Shown here: one piece after another, positions 61,601 to 64,000 of the stretch
How the letters are laid out: the number at the start of each line of letters is the position of its first letter
Numbering within the stretch: position 1 is the first letter of the stretch
Assembly: GCA_965235115.1 (NCBI GenBank)
Contig: OZ249448.1
Coordinates: 20,522,001-20,586,000 of the forward strand
Length of the DNA: 64,000 bases
Direction of reading: 5' to 3'
From: Laetmonice hystrix
Taxonomy: Eukaryota
Notes under the pieces: model-generated
Seen by the model: the letters and a program-made list of their open reading frames with translations, nothing else
What the model was told of the DNA's origin: nothing
Databases searched by the model: none
Translations under genes and position numbers: made by a program

Positions 61601-63695
61601 TCCACTTGAAGTGTGGACCGTAATGTAAACGCGGCTATAAGATGCTCATGTTACCCTCCATTTGTCTTCCAAACATCTACATTATAAACGCTTAATATAT
61701 GCTCGATTATCAATATTAATCAGAAATATTCGAATGTGGTTACTATAATGTAGGTCTGCTGAAATTCTAGATTTGGATCATGTTGTGGTCTGTTAAATTT
61801 GGGATATAGCGGTTTTAGGTATTTAACTGGATTTCAACAGTACTCCTTCCTATAACAAATCAATATAGGTAATATGGGCATCCCGTTGAGAGGGTATACT
61901 ATGAGCACGGGTACCCATATTTTCCACGCTCTCGGGTAATATGGGCATGTTTGTGAAATTTTATATCTCCGATTTTGAAAAATAGCGAACAGTAAAAGAG
62001 TTGATGAACAGCTTATGTTATTGAGAAATCAAAACTGTTTCTTATAAACTTTAGAAGGATGTACTATCATACGTTTCTTTCATTCCACAACCAAATGTAA
62101 AAGGGGTGCCCATATTACCCGACCTTAGAAGCACGATATCTTCACATGGGGCTCGTTTCTCCCGAACAGTTCTTGCCGCCTGACAGAACCATGTTGACGT
62201 ACGCCTATAGTGGCTGATATAGGCCTACTATACACTGACTAAGGGACGGACCATTAGATATGTACGTGGGGAGGGGGGGGGATATGGTTTGTTTTTCTCT
62301 CTCAAAATAATCTGTTAACCAAACACAGGGGGGAATAGTTTAGCCATCATACATACAAAATAGTTTGCTCCATTATGCAAAAAATATTTAGTAGTGAAGT
62401 CGAAGTAGGAAATACTAGTTTGATTCGGTATCAAATGGTCCGCAAAACTCAGGAAAACCGTGTGTATAGCCCTATGTGGTCGATTTCACGCAGTAGGCAG
62501 ACATATATGTCTAATGTTGGCCTACTATTGTTGCTGTGAGGCCTAGAATGGATGCTAAACTGTAAAACCGGAATAAATCAACATATAAGACTGGTTTGGA
62601 TCGATTCCGCAGTGAAATGGGTCAACGGCGCATCTATAGAAGTTTGGGCCTACAAAGTGTAAGATAGATCCATGCAGCACGGCGCATCTATAGAGGTCTG
62701 GGGTGTGTTTTTCATCATGTTGTTAGCTTGTCGTATCGTTAACTCCAATGTGGATACCGACAGATGAGAAACGCACCCCTGGGCCTACAAAGTGTAAAAG
62801 ACAGATCCATGCAGCATGCAGCGAGGGGGCAAATGTTACGACGAGGTTTATTTTGAGGAAACCACATGCGTGCTAAAGTATACTGTCATACGATCCACAC
62901 ACTCTCTGCTTTCACTCTCTGTCCACCCACAGAGTGCATCATTCAGACAGTAGACAGTGCGTGCGAATGACGTCCTAGACTTGATCTGAGGAGTTAGTAT
63001 GGGTGGGTGGGGTTATTACGTTCTGCACTCAGTGAAACCTTCAACTTTGAAAAACTCCATCTGAGTATGAGTATGAATTATGCTGTAGGAGAATTTTATG
63101 TAAGTAAATTATGAAGATGAAGGTTTTAACAAGTTTCGATCAAATCAAAGGAAGAGAGAAGTTCTATGTACAGTGGGACGGGACCCGTCACCGTTAGGCC
63201 TACCACTCCTTTTTAAAGGAGAATCCTGGTTCTGTGTATCAGTCAGATCCATCATGCAGATCGCGGAGACGCTGCGTGCATTGATCAGTGCATACTAATA
63301 ACTTGTGGCTTGAACTGAACATTAGATCTACACTTTACAACTCGGCCGTTTCTGTTGTTTGTTTGTTTGTTGTTGGGTTTTTTTTTCTTTTTTTTTTTTT
63401 GGGGGGGGGGGGGGCTGCTGCTGCTGCTGTCGTTGCCAATTTACAATTGACCAAATGAAACTATCCTGACTATAAATTCTTATCGAATGTTGAAGGCAGG
63501 ATATCGATTAAGGTCAGGATATGACTTTCTGGTTTCATGTTCAGTTCAGTCAGTTCAGTATGTTTTTATGACCCTAAAGTATATATTACGGGCGTAGCCA
63601 CAGACGTACACTAACAAACTGACAGCTAATGTCATTTTACTTTTTCATTTCCCCCGGCATTTGCACAGGATGGGACTACAGCAGTGGGTCAAAAG
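58666..63695 (+). CDS. 5' part of a secreted/membrane protein, probably an alpha-carbonic anhydrase (or CA-domain protein); exons 58666-58735 and 63669-63695; continues beyond window
   Basis: Exon 1 MKMKAIYILLTCFLETTFAASGS G|gtaag is a signal peptide with a phase-1 donor. A 27-nt phase 1-1 exon (ttgcacag|GATGGGACTACAGCAGTGGGTCAAAAG|gtaag) encodes GWDYSSGSKG, matching the W-x-Y start of alpha-CA domains. A CCAAT box lies at 58438-58442. Confidence 0.5.
60057..62127 (+). mobile_element. Internally deleted pogo-like (Tc1/mariner) DNA transposon with a PHD-finger remnant
   Basis: Perfect 21-bp TIR TAAGGTCGGGTAATATGGGCA (60057-60077) / TGCCCATATTACCCGACCTTA (62107-62127); several subterminal GGTAATATGGG repeats; frameshifted YCGNTF ... 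CQYCKAFMHGEC ... FQCDLC at ~60960-61115. Confidence 0.7.
61401..61635. mobile_element. Nested MITE (Harbinger-like CCGTTTACAT termini)
   Basis: CCCCGTTTACATTTAC ... GTAATGTAAACGCGG with GTGGACCG/CGGTCCAC subterminal repeats; no clean TSD. Confidence 0.5.
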
Positions 63696-64000
63696 GTAAG
63701 AACTTGGTTGCTGACAGAAATGTTCCATCTATAGTAAGAGTTTTTGCCATCAATTACAAGATGTCCTGCCCCAGTGCTGAAGTTTTATCACAATCAACAT
63801 TACAGACGTCTTCTCAAATAGGAATTCACAACAAGAGAGTAAAGCTAGCCTCCCTTTAGCAGCTTATTTGATAGTTCTCTCGTATTTTAATCTTTAATGG
63901 AATTTGACTTTTTTTTCCTCTTCTTTAATCACTTTATAAATCTACATTGCGACGCATAATAATTATAAAGGCGCGAAATGGGGCTTATATCGTTCCAAAA

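Overview
Intron-rich animal genomic DNA with GT-AG introns, most likely from a marine bilaterian invertebrate (the taxon cannot be fixed from the sequence). Seven protein-coding genes were reconstructed by hand from splice sites and recognisable protein motifs: a 5'-truncated GH63-like glycoside hydrolase of the YMR196W type (+, 1-6010); MIF (-, 6631-8095); MMS22L (+, 9098-19083); an intron-containing phosphonoacetaldehyde hydrolase, PhnX (-, 20406-22044); eIF4H (-, 28552-36116) head-to-head with MYBBP1A (+, 36201-49428) across only 84 bp; and the first two exons of a secreted protein with the exon layout of an alpha-carbonic anhydrase (+, 58666-63695, continues beyond the window). Introns and intergenic DNA hold many non-autonomous DNA transposons and minisatellites. 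The best leads are: (1) a candidate intronic box C/D RNA in MYBBP1A whose D-box guide would place 2'-O-methylation on wobble C34 of elongator tRNA-Met (SNORD97-like); (2) an animal phosphonatase with intact catalytic motifs; (3) repeated tandem duplications seeded on splice junctions. Most ORFs in the supplied track are spurious or exon read-throughs. All family assignments come from motif recognition; no database search was run.
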